Below, in pieces: positions 26,286-38,894 of a stretch of DNA of 64,000 bases (position 1 is its first letter; each line of letters starts with the position of its first letter). The notes under the pieces were generated by a model that saw only the letters and a list, made by a program, of their open reading frames with translations, ran no database searches and was not told the DNA's origin. Where the stretch lies: positions 45,880,001 to 45,944,000 of the forward strand of contig OZ024746.1 in assembly GCA_964016885.1 (NCBI GenBank), written 5' to 3'. The position numbers and the translations under genes are program-made. The DNA is from Eledone cirrhosa. Lineage: Eukaryota.

Positions 26286-27959
26286 GGGGGGGGTTATAGT
26301 ATGGTAAATGTGGGTTTGAAACAGCATTAGATATATTGTATAACTCTTATATTTGCTTAAGAACAAGAACATTCTAGAACAGATTTTGTGTAACAAGAAC
26401 TGCCACTCTTCAGAGTAATTGTGTTAGCATGGAACTTGTTGCTATATTGTAAAACAAATTTCTAGTGTTTATCATTTCTCAACGAATACAATCTGGCTGG
26501 CCAATCTGCCAATCTGCCTGTACATCTATCTGTCTGTTTATCTGTCAGTCTATCTGTTTGTTTTTTTGGTTTTGTTTTTCAATTTCCCAACAATAGAGAA
26601 ATAACCATTTTCTAAAACAACCAACATTCTATCATTGGGATCTAGATAGCATTAGCTAGGTAGTCATGTATGCTTGCCTGCGTATATGCCATCTTGCATG
26701 TATGTATATAGCTGTACTTGTGAATATGTGTGCAAACATGGATGTCCTTGCATGCGTGGATTTGTATATATATATATACAAATATATATGCTTGTATATC
26801 TACTTATTACATGCTGGTCTTTGGAATGCTTTACATGTTTTCTTAGTTCCATTAATGGGTTATAACTGCTATTTCCACATTAACTATGTTCTTTCTAACT
26901 TTGTGAAGCCCAGCTTCTCAAGAATGGTGCTAATGCAATTGACTATATATCCAGGTGCCCCAATAACTACTGTTTAGGTAAATATCAGAAGATATTTCAC
27001 TTGTTTGCCAGAGATGTTTTCTTTTTCTCTTATCTTTAATTTCATGTCAACATCTCCCATGTAATTGATTCCCACCTCTATGCATACTTTTTTCTGCTCT
27101 CTTCCATATCTTTATATCTGGAATGTTATGCCTTCATTTTACTCAAGTTTTGTCATGTATTCTTTTATATAAGTAGTGAGTATGCCATATGTATACCACT
27201 GTAATGTCTTATATCTTCAGAGTTATCCATGTCATGGATTGCATTGTAAATGACCATATATCAGATGTCATAGGTAGATAACTTTATGCTGACATATTCG
27301 GACAGGTGTTTATGATGAGGGTGACATGACCACCTGACATAGCATTGCTCACAACAAGATAACTGGTTTAATCCTTGTCAGCATGGAAAAATGAACGTTA
27401 AATGGTAATGATGATGATGATGCATTTGATTCCAGTGAATAAGCATCGAATATCATACCTAGTTGTTTTAACTGTACCCACATCCATTTTGTGCATAAGG
27501 GTTCTTGTTATTTCCTGATCTTTTTGATCCAAGATAGACTACTTTGTTTATCTGTGTTACTGTCACTTACATCATTGTACATTTATTGATATATATGCAG
27601 TTTTTTATCTAATGGCTTGTTGCAGTAGATAGATGCGTATCCTTGGTAATCTTTCAGAGAATACATTCCAAAATTATCATTTCAAGTCTTCATCGTGTTA
27701 CCTTCCTTAATTATACAAACTTGATCCATGGAAGCATTTCCACACTTAATAGATGTTTCAAAAAGATATGAAGCAACATTCAAACATTGATTTTGTTTTA
27801 GGCAGAAGTGGCCAATATCACTGTTAATGTGGAAAATGTTTGTGTTGACAACAGGTTTTGGAATTTTAACACCAGTTTTAAAGTTCTCATCTAGCTCCCA
27901 ATCAAGTAGCCTAAATGTTGGTATGAGTATTGTTATAGCTAACACAGTGTAATCTTTTA

Positions 27960-28480
27960 ATTTATTGTTTAGAGAAAGTCCCGAGGAACAGTGTTTTTTA
28001 TTGGAGTGTTATATTCCCTGGTTATGTGTTCCTTATAACAAATTCCATCACATGACTGTTTCCATGATATCTGATGAGGAATGTTACAGATAATTAGTGA
28101 TGGATGAAAATATATTTTCATCCATCCCAAATTACCTGTGGCATGCCTCATCAGATATTGGGGAAATAGTTATGTATTGATAGAAATATTATTAGATTTG
28201 GCTTGTAATTTAACCTTGTTTTACACTTATGTAGGAATATTTATGCTCTCATAATAAACTCAAGCCACTTTATCCCATTTGTATTCTTAGCATATATTTT
28301 CAAGCTATGTTCTAAGTTGGTGTTTCTGTCTTCCTGTGAGCCAATTACATATCCTGCAATTCTCTTGAGAAAAAGAACAAGAATTTTACTGAAAGCATAA
28401 ACTGCATCACAGAAAGAACATCTCCTTGAAATATATAACTGTGACTCTATATCATAACAGTGATAATACAATCACTTCCT
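27960..28480 (-). pseudogene. Possible decayed DNA transposase (Sola2-like HGK..CDG motif)
   Basis: The minus strand near 28040-28070 gives HG(K)QSCDGI with one frameshift, with a Cys-rich segment upstream. The superfamily assignment is from memory of the motif only. Confidence 0.3.
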
Positions 28481-29439
28481 GTATTTAACTGCAGAGTAGC
28501 AACTCAGGATGAATTCAGGTTGTCTATGATTGATTATAGTCTCCAATAAGTCAAGGGATCTTTCGAATCTACAAATGGGGACCAGATTCAAATGCTTTCT
28601 TGTAATTTAGCCAGACTACAACCAGAGCCAACTGTCTCCTGAAGATCAACATTATTTGTTTCCATTTTCCAAATGTGTCTTATTGTTTTACTTTCTTTAA
28701 TATTTGCAAGGTATTACTTTGCTGTTGTTGAATAGACGTATAAACAAACATTAGATAATCACTCCTGATTTCATTAATCCCCGTTAGGCTCAGTGTGTTT
28801 CTTGTTAATGCTGGTCAAGTGTAATAGAAGTTTTACAAATGAAATAATCATTTCTTGAAGCATTTCACTAAGAATACATTTCAATTGTTTATAGTCCTTG
28901 TTTTTCCATCTTGTAGTGCATCTCTTAATGTTACTGCTGCAGCAGTCACTGACATCATGCTATAAATTATCAGCCTAATTGACCAATAACATAGAGGAAG
29001 AAGGAGTTTAGTCGGTTGTGACATAGTGTTATTGTTGTTATTTAGTTTTGCTGAATGTTCACTTAGTCTTATTTATGCAGTATTCTGGAAGGATAAAATT
29101 AGATTCTTCACATTTCATAATAGAATTGCAATCATCAACACACCTCTTGCTTTCAGCAAATGTTGCATGTTGGCATGATTGTTTTGTTGCGAAATAATTT
29201 AGTGAAGTTTATCCCAGTCTATTTTCATTCTATTGATACAACCTATAGAGATATCTGTTTTGTCATTTATAGCAATCAAAATGTCATTATTCAGTCCATA
29301 AATCCCAGAAATATGCACTCAGTTTCTTCTAGGATTACACCTAAAAAGATTCTGTTTACCTTTGAATCACCACAACTGTTTTCGAGGTTATCCTTTCTAG
29401 CTATATGCATGTAGCAAACCACTGCATGGTGAATTCATT

Positions 29440-29660
29440 GTTTGGGATAAATATTTCTAAGATATTGAGTAAGAAGATTTTTCCCTATATATAATCATGG
29501 AACAAACTACCTGCATCAGTTGTAAGCTCTTGAGACACTGCATCCTTCAAAACTTCCATGCTTCCTGAAATTCGCCAACAACACACCTGATATACCTCCT
29601 CCATACACATACACGCATGTATCTGTGTGTATAACATGACTGTTCCCTTTCCTGACATTT
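29440..29660 (+). mobile_element. CR1/L2-type LINE 3' end
   Basis: SWNKLPASVVSS*DTASFKTSM matches the WN.LP C-terminal motif of CR1-group ORF2. Confidence 0.65.
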
Positions 29661-29666
29661 GTACAG

Positions 29667-29777
29667 TGAATTGGCAGTATCGGTAGCATAGTTACGTCCC
29701 TTTACGGTCTGAGTTCAAATCCTGATGAGGTTAACTTTTCCTTACATCCTTATGGGATCGATAAAATAAAGTACCAG
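29667..29777 (+). mobile_element. Deleted/truncated SINE family A
   Basis: TTGGCAGTATCGGTAG..GAGTTCAAATCC..GATAAAATAAAGTACCAG. Confidence 0.8.
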
Positions 29778-29802
29778 CAAAATTTGCTCCGAAAGCATTG
29801 CA

Positions 29803-29892
29803 TGTGTCCGAAGAACCCGCAGTTCTAGAATCAGACAGATCCATACAATGATCGTGTCTCGAGCTATCTGCCGGCGAAACAATTATAACACA
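29803..29892 (+). ncRNA. Degenerate minimal hammerhead-like motif
   Basis: TGTGT-CCGAAGA-ACCCGCAG...CTGCCGGC-GAAA-CAATTA-TA-ACACA, then AATAAA. Stem I pairs over 5 bp; the core and stem III each carry one substitution. Confidence 0.55.
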
Positions 29893-30443
29893 CAATAAAC
29901 TGAGTCTAGATGCATCACTGATTTTTCGTTTTATATTATATCACACTCTGCTCTGTAAGAACATAGAGTGCTCAACTGGCATACCGCCTATGGAAGCCCC
30001 ATAGCTACCATTAAATACACACACATATATATATATATATACATATATGGATCTGAGTATATATGAACAGCTGGATTTGTATATTCATGAATAGATAGAT
30101 ATTTGTATGCACATATATTTGTCATTAGGATGTATGAATGCTTCTTAGCAAAAAGTTGCCAATACATTGCAATAGTTTCCTGCATATTAGTTAGTTCCTT
30201 TATGATTACATCTCAACAAATAATCACCAACTGTCAATTGATTTCATCTACTTAGAATCTAATTAAAAGTATGTGTGTCAAAGTTAATTTCTAATGAGTG
30301 TCAATTATTTTTCTATTTATTTCATCACAGTGAATGTACAGGCTGTAAGTATTCTTAAAATTAGTTTCTCGCTAGAAGTACATATGTAGTGCTGTCCGTT
30401 CTTTTAAATAATTTATGTAATATTCTGGTCATGTTAAGTAAAC

Positions 30444-30806
30444 ATTGGCAGCATCAGTAGAGGGTCGAACGCCATGCTTTGACGCATAGAGTTATGGTCC
30501 TTACCATTCTGAGTTCAAATCCCGCCGAGGTTAACTTTGCCTTTCATCCTGACGGGGTCGATAAAATAAAGTACCAGTAATACACTGGGATATTTGCCAA
30601 AAGTAGAAACAATTATTAACTTATCAAGGGCAGTGAATTGACAGTATTGTTAGAGCATCTGACACCATGCTTTGCAACATAGAGTTATGACTTTGAATCC
30701 TGTCGAGGTTAGCTTTGCCTTTCATCCTTACGGGGTGTCGATAAAATAAAACACCAGTAATGCACTGGCCTTGTGCGAAAAGTAGAAACAATTATTAACT
30801 TATCAA
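30444..30806 (+). mobile_element. Two tandem SINE family A copies
   Basis: Two bodies, with ATTATTAACTTATCAA following each copy (30612 and 30791). Confidence 0.88.
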
Positions 30807-31310
30807 CCTCCTTATTACAGAAACCCAGCTGTTTGTGTTAATTAAGTAGTTGCTGAGATGTATTGATGAATGACAGGGTTTGTAATGTATCAAGTACTCT
30901 GGTTAATTGCTGATGTTTTGTTAGATTACAGTGTACCATATTAGTGAAGACTTGATATAAATGAAGCTTCCTAATGAAGGATACTGTCAAGGATTAAATT
31001 TATAAGAGGGAGATTTCTAATGATAGCTGATTGTACAGGATAAAAAATGTATTTGAATGATAAACTTTGAAAGGTTGTGCTCTCAGCATATGTATGTATT
31101 TACTAATTTTTTTATTGTTTAATCAGATGATAAAATTCCCATCCTTATTCTGTTTTCAGATCAGAGACCAGATACCAGACACCTGATCTGAATGCTTACA
31201 ACATAGTGAGCTCAACTAAAGCTATACAGGAGTCAGGTGGTGTTGGTGTCAAAATAGATAGTGGAAATATGCTTATTGAGGATAAAAATTATGAAATAAA
31301 AATAGCAGTA

Positions 31311-31507
31311 TGATGGTTGCCTGAAAATTTCATAGGCTGACTATGAAGGAGGGATGCTAGAGCTGTGAAATCTAGCATGCATTAATTTCAACTCTTCTTA
31401 TTAATAACTGCATTGTTTCTTTCCAGGGACTATGTTGAAAAATAAACCTTATTTGGTTATTCCATGAGAGTATCTTGGTCACCCTATGAGCGTTTCAGCC
31501 AACCTCA
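31311..31507. mobile_element. Mariner-type MITE, same family as 18222-18397
   Basis: TA-flanked TIRs and shared internal sequence GATGCTAGA.CTGTGAAATCT..CATTAATTTCAACTC. Confidence 0.83.
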
Positions 31508-31740
31508 TAATAGAGGGATGCATGTGTTTATGGTATTTGAGATACAACAATGTGTATATTTGTAAACATAGCAGAATTTCACAAGCATTGCAACTGGGAA
31601 ATATACCTATATTTTTGTGAAAACACAAAGATACATAATATATAAAACTATAAGGAAATTGATGGAGTTGATCAAACTCCATTTTGTGTCTAAGTAGCAC
31701 TACACCATCCATGGCTCATGACTCCAGAGCCACTGCCACT

Positions 31741-31937
31741 TTAACCCTTTAGCATTTAAACCACCCACATCCAGCCAGAATTTTCTCACCTCTTTCTGAT
31801 TTTAAGGTATTGTTCTCAAAGTGAATAATATCAAGATCTCATAGATTCGATATTATGTGAGATAATTATGGGAAGTAAAGCCTTTACCATGAAAATATAA
31901 TAGTAAACATAGAGTAATGTAAATGCTAAAAGGTTAA
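31741..31937. mobile_element. piggyBac-type MITE
   Basis: TTAA-CCCTTTAGCATTTA ... TAAATGCTAAAAGG-TTAA. Confidence 0.85.
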
Positions 31938-31975
31938 AGAACATTTGCTGTGTCAGTAACTATTTCAATGTCCCA

Positions 31976-32058
31976 TCATCATCATCATTTTACGTCCGCT
32001 TTTCCCTGCTTGCAAGGGTTGGATGGGACCTATTCAGCACAGCATCTCTCCATCCGTC
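31976..32058 (-). mobile_element. Extreme 3' tail fragment of the RTE LINE family
   Basis: Reverse complement of ~6970-7065, including (CAT)n TTTACGTCCGCTTTTCCCTGCTTGCAAGGG. Confidence 0.8.
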
Positions 32059-32704
32059 AAGAAAATAAAAACCAGAAGGCATTAAGAATTAGGTATTGCA
32101 ATGAACTTTATTACAATGTAATATAATATATGCCATTTGTATTTTATTCTCTTATAATAAAATTTCAAAATTATTAAATGTTTCCTTCTGTTGTTTTTGT
32201 TTTTTGTTTTTTGATTTTTTAATGTTTTATTCTTTTTGTAATTCTAATTGATTAATTAATACGAAAAAAAAAAACAGGTAGGAAACAAAATAGAAATTAA
32301 TAAAAGAAGAAAAGAAATTAAACATTACAGCATAGGAAAATGTCCAGAGAAGAGACAGAGAAGAGGGGGAAGACATGTGGATATTAAATAAACAGTCTTG
32401 AACATGAGGAATTTTTTATATAAATATATCATATTGTTAAAAAGAGAATAAAGAACTTTAAAGGTTTATAGCTGCTAATAGCTGGATATTACATTAGTAT
32501 ATGTGTTATTTGTGGAATTAATCTTGGAATACATAGACATCTATATGAGTATACACCTGAGTGTGTTAATGTCATATGTAAGAAAATTTATGTTTCCTAG
32601 TTGGGTTTTTTACTTCTTGCCTTTTAAGTATGTATTCATATATTTTCTTCAAAGTTTATGTATTGAATACAGAGTGACAGGGAGCGAGATAGAGAGAGAG
32701 AGAA

Positions 32705-32757
<53 letters not shown>

Positions 32758-34287
32758 AAGATGCAAATACACATACAAACACACACACGTATACATAAAT
32801 ATGTCTGAAGAAATTGATGTATTTAAACACATCATCATCATCATCATCTTAATTTTTTACATCTACTTTTTTCAGTGCCGTATAAGTTGAAGTAAGTTTT
32901 CTATGGCTAGATGCGATCTTTGATTCAAACACCTTACTTTTTTTAAGTATTGTGTGTACCACTAACATTCATCAAACCAGTACATAACAGGTTGTATTGT
33001 TTATGGGAAACATAAAAAAAGCTGTCCGGGTTTTATAAGCAATGTAATGTTTGTAGTAACTGACATACACACATACACCAACACACACACACACATACTA
33101 AGAATTTCAAAGTTCTTACAACATACACACATATACATACAAACAATCATACATATAGTAGGGTTCCTTACAATTTCCATCTATCAAATTTAGTCATAAG
33201 ACATCGGCTCATCTTGGTTTATAGTAGGAGAGCATTGCCTAAGGTGCCAAACTGTGAGACTGAATCCCAAATCATATGGTTTCAATGCAAATTTGTATGT
33301 GGGTATATGGGTGAGTGAAGAGTCTAAATACATCTGTTTTTGGTTATATTTCTGTGTAACAGTTTAAAATAGATGTGCCAAAAAGCAGGACTAAGAAATT
33401 CAAAGTTCTTACAACATGCCCATGCTGTTTCAGGAAAATGTGTTTTTGTTAAGCTTTATCAAGGAAGTATTGAGGTGCTATGGATTTGGTTTATAAATAT
33501 TGGTTTGGTTAGAGGCAGAGAGTGCAGGAAAGATGAGGAGATGAGAGAGAGAGAAGGCTGAGAGGGAGAGACAAATGGGAGAGGGGAAGAAGAAAGAGAG
33601 GATGACTTGAAAAAATTGGTAAGAGCATGACTGAAAAGAATTTGAACTAGAAGAATTGTTGGTTATATATAAATGTGATGGTTGTGGTATGCTAGAGGTT
33701 CAATTTGATTAAGATAGCAGTAGTAGTGACAGAGGGGAAAATTGAGGATAGTGAGCATAATGGGAGTTTGAGGAAGTGGGGACAGAGAAAAGGTTGTTGT
33801 TGAAAAATAAAACAGTCTATGAAGTAGACAAAAATAGAAATAGACTTACAAATATGGAAATAAATTGAAAGGCCAGATGCACAGATAAGATTGTGGTACC
33901 CTTGGTTTTCTAAATCTATGATTTACATATCTAGGATTTACTGAGACAAATATGTGGAAAAAAAGCAAAAGAAGAAAATGAATAAATTAATGAGTAAATA
34001 AGCATTCAGTGTCATCAATTTTTTCCCCTTTTTGCTTCTAGAACTTCTCTAATGCTTTTCTTTCTCTCTCTTCTTTCAAATGTAATTCCTAAGAATCTTT
34101 TAATTCTTAAGTTTCCTTTGTTCTGTATCTGTAAACATAAAGTCATAAGACAGAAACATCTAATATCTGTTCTTCATGGCAATGTTTCACCAGCTTGTCC
34201 ATGTGGCACAGCTAGGAGACACTGTTTAGCCAGGAGTGTTGAGTTTTCCCCTTTTCATCTTTCTAGTTTTCATTATTTAACCCTTTA

Positions 34288-34680
34288 GCGGTGGATTGGC
34301 AGTATCGGTAGAGAGTCGAACACCATGCTTTGAAGCATAGAGTTACATCCCTTTATGATCTGAGTTCAAATCCCGCCGAAGTTAACTTTGCCTGTCATCC
34401 TTACGGGGTCGATAAAATAAAGTACCAGTAATACACTGGGTAATTGCTGGCCTTGTGCCAAAAGTAGAAACAATTATTTAACCCTTTAGTGGTGGATTGT
34501 CAGTATCGGTAGAGGGTCAGACGCCATGCTTTGACGCATAGAGTTACATGCCTCACCATTCTGAGTTCAAATTCCGTTGAGGTTAACTTTGCCTCTCATC
34601 ATTAAGGGGTCGATAAAATAAAGTACCAGTAATACACTGGGATAATTGCTGGCCTTGTGCTGAAAGTAGAAACAATTATT
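34288..34680 (+). mobile_element. Two tandem SINE family A copies inserted in the left end of a piggyBac MITE
   Basis: ATTATTTAACCCTTTAG is repeated at 34272, 34473 and 34675 around two SINE bodies. Confidence 0.9.
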
Positions 34681-34904
34681 TAACCCTTTAGCATTTAAAC
34701 CGGCCGTATCTGGCCAGAATTCTCTCACCTCTTTCTGTTCAAACTGTCCGTAATCAGCCATTCATATTGACATTAAGGTATTGTTCTCAAATAAATATCA
34801 AAATATTATAGATTCGATATTATGTGAGATAATTGTGTAAGATAAAGACTTTACTAGAAAAATACAATAGTAAATATAGAGTAATGTAAATGCTAAAGGG
34901 TTAA
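34680..34904. mobile_element. piggyBac-type MITE, same family as 31741-31937
   Basis: TTAA-CCCTTTAGCATTTA ... TAAATGCTAAAGGG-TTAA, with shared internal sequence. Confidence 0.88.
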
Positions 34905-35488
34905 TTTTTCTCTCATCCTCTTTTTTCTCTTCCTATTTATAGTTTTAATATTAAAAAAATTCTTTATCATTGAACACAATCTAAACTGCGTCCAGAATAT
35001 ATGTTTGTTATCCCGTTTGTAAAATAAGTTGGATTACTTTGAATAAATAACTGTTTCTACTTTTTGGCACAAGGCCAGCAATTACCCAGTGCATTACTGG
35101 TACTTTATTTTATTGAACCCGTAAGGATGAAAGGCAAAGTCAACCTTAGCGGGATTTGAACTCAGATCATTAAGGAACGTAACTATGCTGGAAAGCATAG
35201 TTAAATAAAATAAAGTACCAGTAATGCACTGGGTAATTGCTGGCCTTGTGCCAAAAAGTAGAAACAATTATTTATTCAAAGTAATCCAATTTATTTTACA
35301 AACGGGATAACAAACATATATTCTGGACGCAGTTAAGATTGTGTTCAATGATAAAGAATTTTTTTAATATTAAAACTATAAATAGGAAGAGAAAAAAGAG
35401 GATGAGAGAAAAATTAACCCTTTAGCATTTACATTACTCTATATTTACTATTGTATTTTTCTAGTAAAGTCTTTATCTTACACAATTA
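34830..35488. repeat. 285-bp inverted duplication centred on a truncated minus-strand SINE A
   Basis: Arms 34830-35114 and 35204-35488 are near-identical reverse complements. The direct repeat ATTACTTTGAATAAATAA lies at 35033-35050 and 35485-35502. Confidence 0.92.
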
Positions 35489-36431
35489 CTTTGAATAAAT
35501 AATGAATGAATATTACATAATTTATGTACTAAATTTCGTAACTATAAATAATTTTATTGCTTATTTAAAGAGTCAGTTCTTTAAAATTTTCAAATGTCAC
35601 CACTTCCGGTTAGCACCCGTTATATTATAACACTTCTAAAAACATTGCATATATTTCCGTCGCTAATTTTCTCCTAATGCAGTTTGTATATAATGTCATC
35701 TTTTTTTAACGTAGCATGGATTACTTTACTGATTACAGAAGAGAGTGTAACACAGTCTGTCTTCAATTTCTGTGGATATTGTGAATTACGATTTTATTTG
35801 ATGTATCATATCTACATGTATATATATTTGTGTATAATATCAAAATGCACACACTACACATACTAGCAGAAAACCCCTCGTAGGGTCGTTTTTCTGCTAG
35901 TTTATATAATACATATGATTTTCAGAATTTTAATCTTTATAAACTAAACAAATTTATTTTTATTAAAAGTCAACTAGATACTGCACTTGTACTTATTATT
36001 TTACGTAACTGTCTCTTTCTACCTTGAACATTTTTTAATGGAAACAATAAATGAATCTTGAAGAGATGGATAGAAAAATTCCTTTACCATCTAATTAACT
36101 CATATTCTTAATTTTCAACCAACTATTTCCTCTTATCCTCTCTCATCTCTCCTTCTGACCATATCTGCCCTACATCCTTCCATCCTTTCCTTTGCCATTC
36201 CATCTTCTTTACTTTCCTACACCTTTTAACTCTCACCACTTTTCTATTATAAACCAAATCCACAACACTTTAATACTTCTCTGATGAAGCTCTTAGCACA
36301 TTACACATGCTTTGGTGAAATTTCATGGCCATGTTGTAATATTATAAACAAATGTCTCCCTCTCTCAGGAAAAAGGATGTTAAACAATGATGACACGCAC
36401 ACACACACACACATACACACACACACACACA

Positions 36432-36788
36432 CTCAGTCTGCCTTGTAAAGTGGATGTGATGGTGAAACAAAACGCAACCTGTAAGGTGGTCATGCTGGTG
36501 ACATGACACAATAACAAACATCCAGTCAACACTGTAAAATGATTGTGATGATGACATGACAAAAGTATCCAGTCCACACTGTAAAGTGGTTGTTTAAATG
36601 CCATGATGAAGAACACCCAGGCTATATTATAAATGTGGTTGGCATTAGGAACCAGCCATAGAAACCAAGTCAGAAATGATTCTGTATGAGCAAGACATGG
36701 TCATCTTATCTGACTTGCTTCATGAGATAACTCGTCTAACCTATGCTAGCATGGAATATAAATGTTAAATGGTCATGATGATGATGAT
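36432..36788 (+). mobile_element. Old non-autonomous retroposon with internal ~45-50 bp tandem modules and RTE-like (GAT)n tail
   Basis: Repeated CATCCAGTC.ACACTGTAAA.TG modules followed by GCATGGAA...GTTAAATG(ATG)n. Related decayed copies lie at ~12390, 23460, 41010, 49130, 52250 and 57700. Confidence 0.6.
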
Positions 36789-36911
36789 ATATGTACATAG
36801 TATATTTTATATATATATATATATATATATGCATGTGTATATATATATTTATATATGTATGTATATATATGTATATGTGTGCATATATATATATGCATAT
36901 ATATATATGTG

Positions 36912-36974
36912 TTTTTGTGCCTCTCCTTTGTTCTGTCCTACGGCATAGGACAGAACAAAGGAGAGGCACAAAAA
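36912..36974. repeat. Perfect 29-bp-arm hairpin with 5-nt loop
   Basis: TTTTTGTGCCTCTCCTTTGTTCTGTCCTA-CGGCA-TAGGACAGAACAAAGGAGAGGCACAAAAA. Confidence 0.95.
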
Positions 36975-36991
36975 AAAGAAAAGAATCCCCA

Positions 36992-37034
36992 GTCACTGAA
37001 GAGGTCACATAATGTGTGACGAAAGAACTTTGAC
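36992..37034 (+). ncRNA. Minimal hammerhead ribozyme-like motif
   Basis: GTCA-CTGAAGA-G-GTCACA-TAATG-TGTGAC-GAAA-GAAC-TT-TGAC. Stem I GTCA/TGAC and the 6-bp stem II both pair perfectly. Confidence 0.7.
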
Positions 37035-37526
37035 AATATATAAACAACTATCTGGTTGTGGAACCAACCAACCAACCAGAAATTTATAAATTCCTAAATT
37101 TATAAATTTATTATAATAAATTGAAGTGAAAGCAACTGGTGCGTGTGTTTCTTATTGGCAACATGACCCTCCCAAAGTATAACAATATCGGTTTCAACAC
37201 ACGATTTCAGATAAAGAAATCTTGCTAAACAAATTCAGAAACGATATATATATATACATATATATATACTATATATATATAATTATATATATTTATATAT
37301 ATTTATAGGTGCATGGCTGAGTGGTTAGAGTATTGGATTTGCAATCGTGTGATTGTGAGTTTGATTCCCGGACTGGGTGTGTGCTATGTCCTTGAACAAG
37401 ACACTTTATTTCATGCTGCTCCTTCTACCTGGAGTTGAGACCGATAGATAGTATAAGCAATTAGAAAGACCAATGGAAACATTGTTTCCTCGGTCCGATT
37501 TGACGAACATCGATTGACTGTCGATG

Positions 37527-37577
<51 letters not shown>

Positions 37578-37579
<2 letters not shown>

Positions 37580-37922
37580 TCATCATCATCATCATCATTT
37601 TACATCCGCTTTTCCCTGCTTGCAAGGGTGGGACGGGAACTGATTCCGGCTTGATTTCTACAGCTGGATGCCGTTCCTAACACCAACCTCATTTACAGTG
37701 AGTGCTGGGTGCATTTTTTTGCCGTGGCACCTCCACGACCACTTTGCAGTGGAATGATAGAGACCCCAGTCCCTATCATCTCATTTCTACAGCTGAGTAA
37801 ACTGGAGCAATGTGAAATCAAGTGCCTTGCTCAAGGAAACAACACATCACCCGGTCTGAGAATTGAACTCACAACCTTTAGATTGCAAGGCCTATGCTCT
37901 AACCACTAAGCCATGTGCCTCC
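37578..37922 (-). mobile_element. Full-length SINE family B with RTE tail
   Basis: Reverse complement of 15318-15596 plus an extra internal segment; embedded in (TA)n. Confidence 0.9.
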
Positions 37923-38828
37923 ATATATATATATATATATAAACGCTCATACACAAATTCAACCTTATATGTCTCTAAAGGAAAAGTCAATCCCGAACAA
38001 TAATCACACAGGGATCTGAAAATTTCTATTTCCAAGAAATGCATATATTCTTATGTATTGTTTAAACAATTTGGAGCTCAAATGTTGTAAGTTATCAGGC
38101 TATTAAATTACAACATTTCTTTACTAAAGAACCCCCACAACATAAAAACATTGTATTGATTACTGTTTATAAACTCCCCACCATAGAATAGTTGTGCATA
38201 ATATCATTAACATTAGTAAAGAAAACCACAAGATGCAGAAAAAATCAAAAAATCTGAAGCACTATATCTTTCATTTGAGAAGAGACACACACACCAATTG
38301 ATAAAGGAAGATGCTGCATGGTAAATATCAATATTTAGTATGTATGATTGAATAATTAAAAAGCATAAGAACACTGTCAGCTGCCAAAACTCTCCAGGAA
38401 TGACAATCCAATAAAAACACTGCTATAACACATATTCATTAGCAGCAGTCAGGTATTTCAGTATATACCAAAAGAAATTAAGAAGCATATAGTAGCCTTA
38501 AAATTTCAAGTTTGACTTAACTAACCAACTATAAAGAGTTTATAATCAGTCAAGAACAGACCCAGTAACTCACTGATTCACTACATACATACATATAAAT
38601 GTACAGACATATAAATGTAAACATAAAACTCCCCTGAAGTACAAGCAGTAAACAAATGATACAGTGCATAAAGTGGTGCTTCAGCTTCGCCTGAATTCAC
38701 ATTGGTTTGAGCCAATAACAAAAAAATAATTTATTAGTCCCCTCCTCTCTCTCTCTCTCTATATATATATATGAATTCATAAATATATATACATATATAC
38801 ATATATATATATACATACATATATATAA

Positions 38829-38894
<66 letters not shown>

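Noticed and set aside
36275-36330. CTGATGAAG...TGAAA hammerhead-like motif
   Set aside because: Stems I, II and III cannot be paired convincingly.
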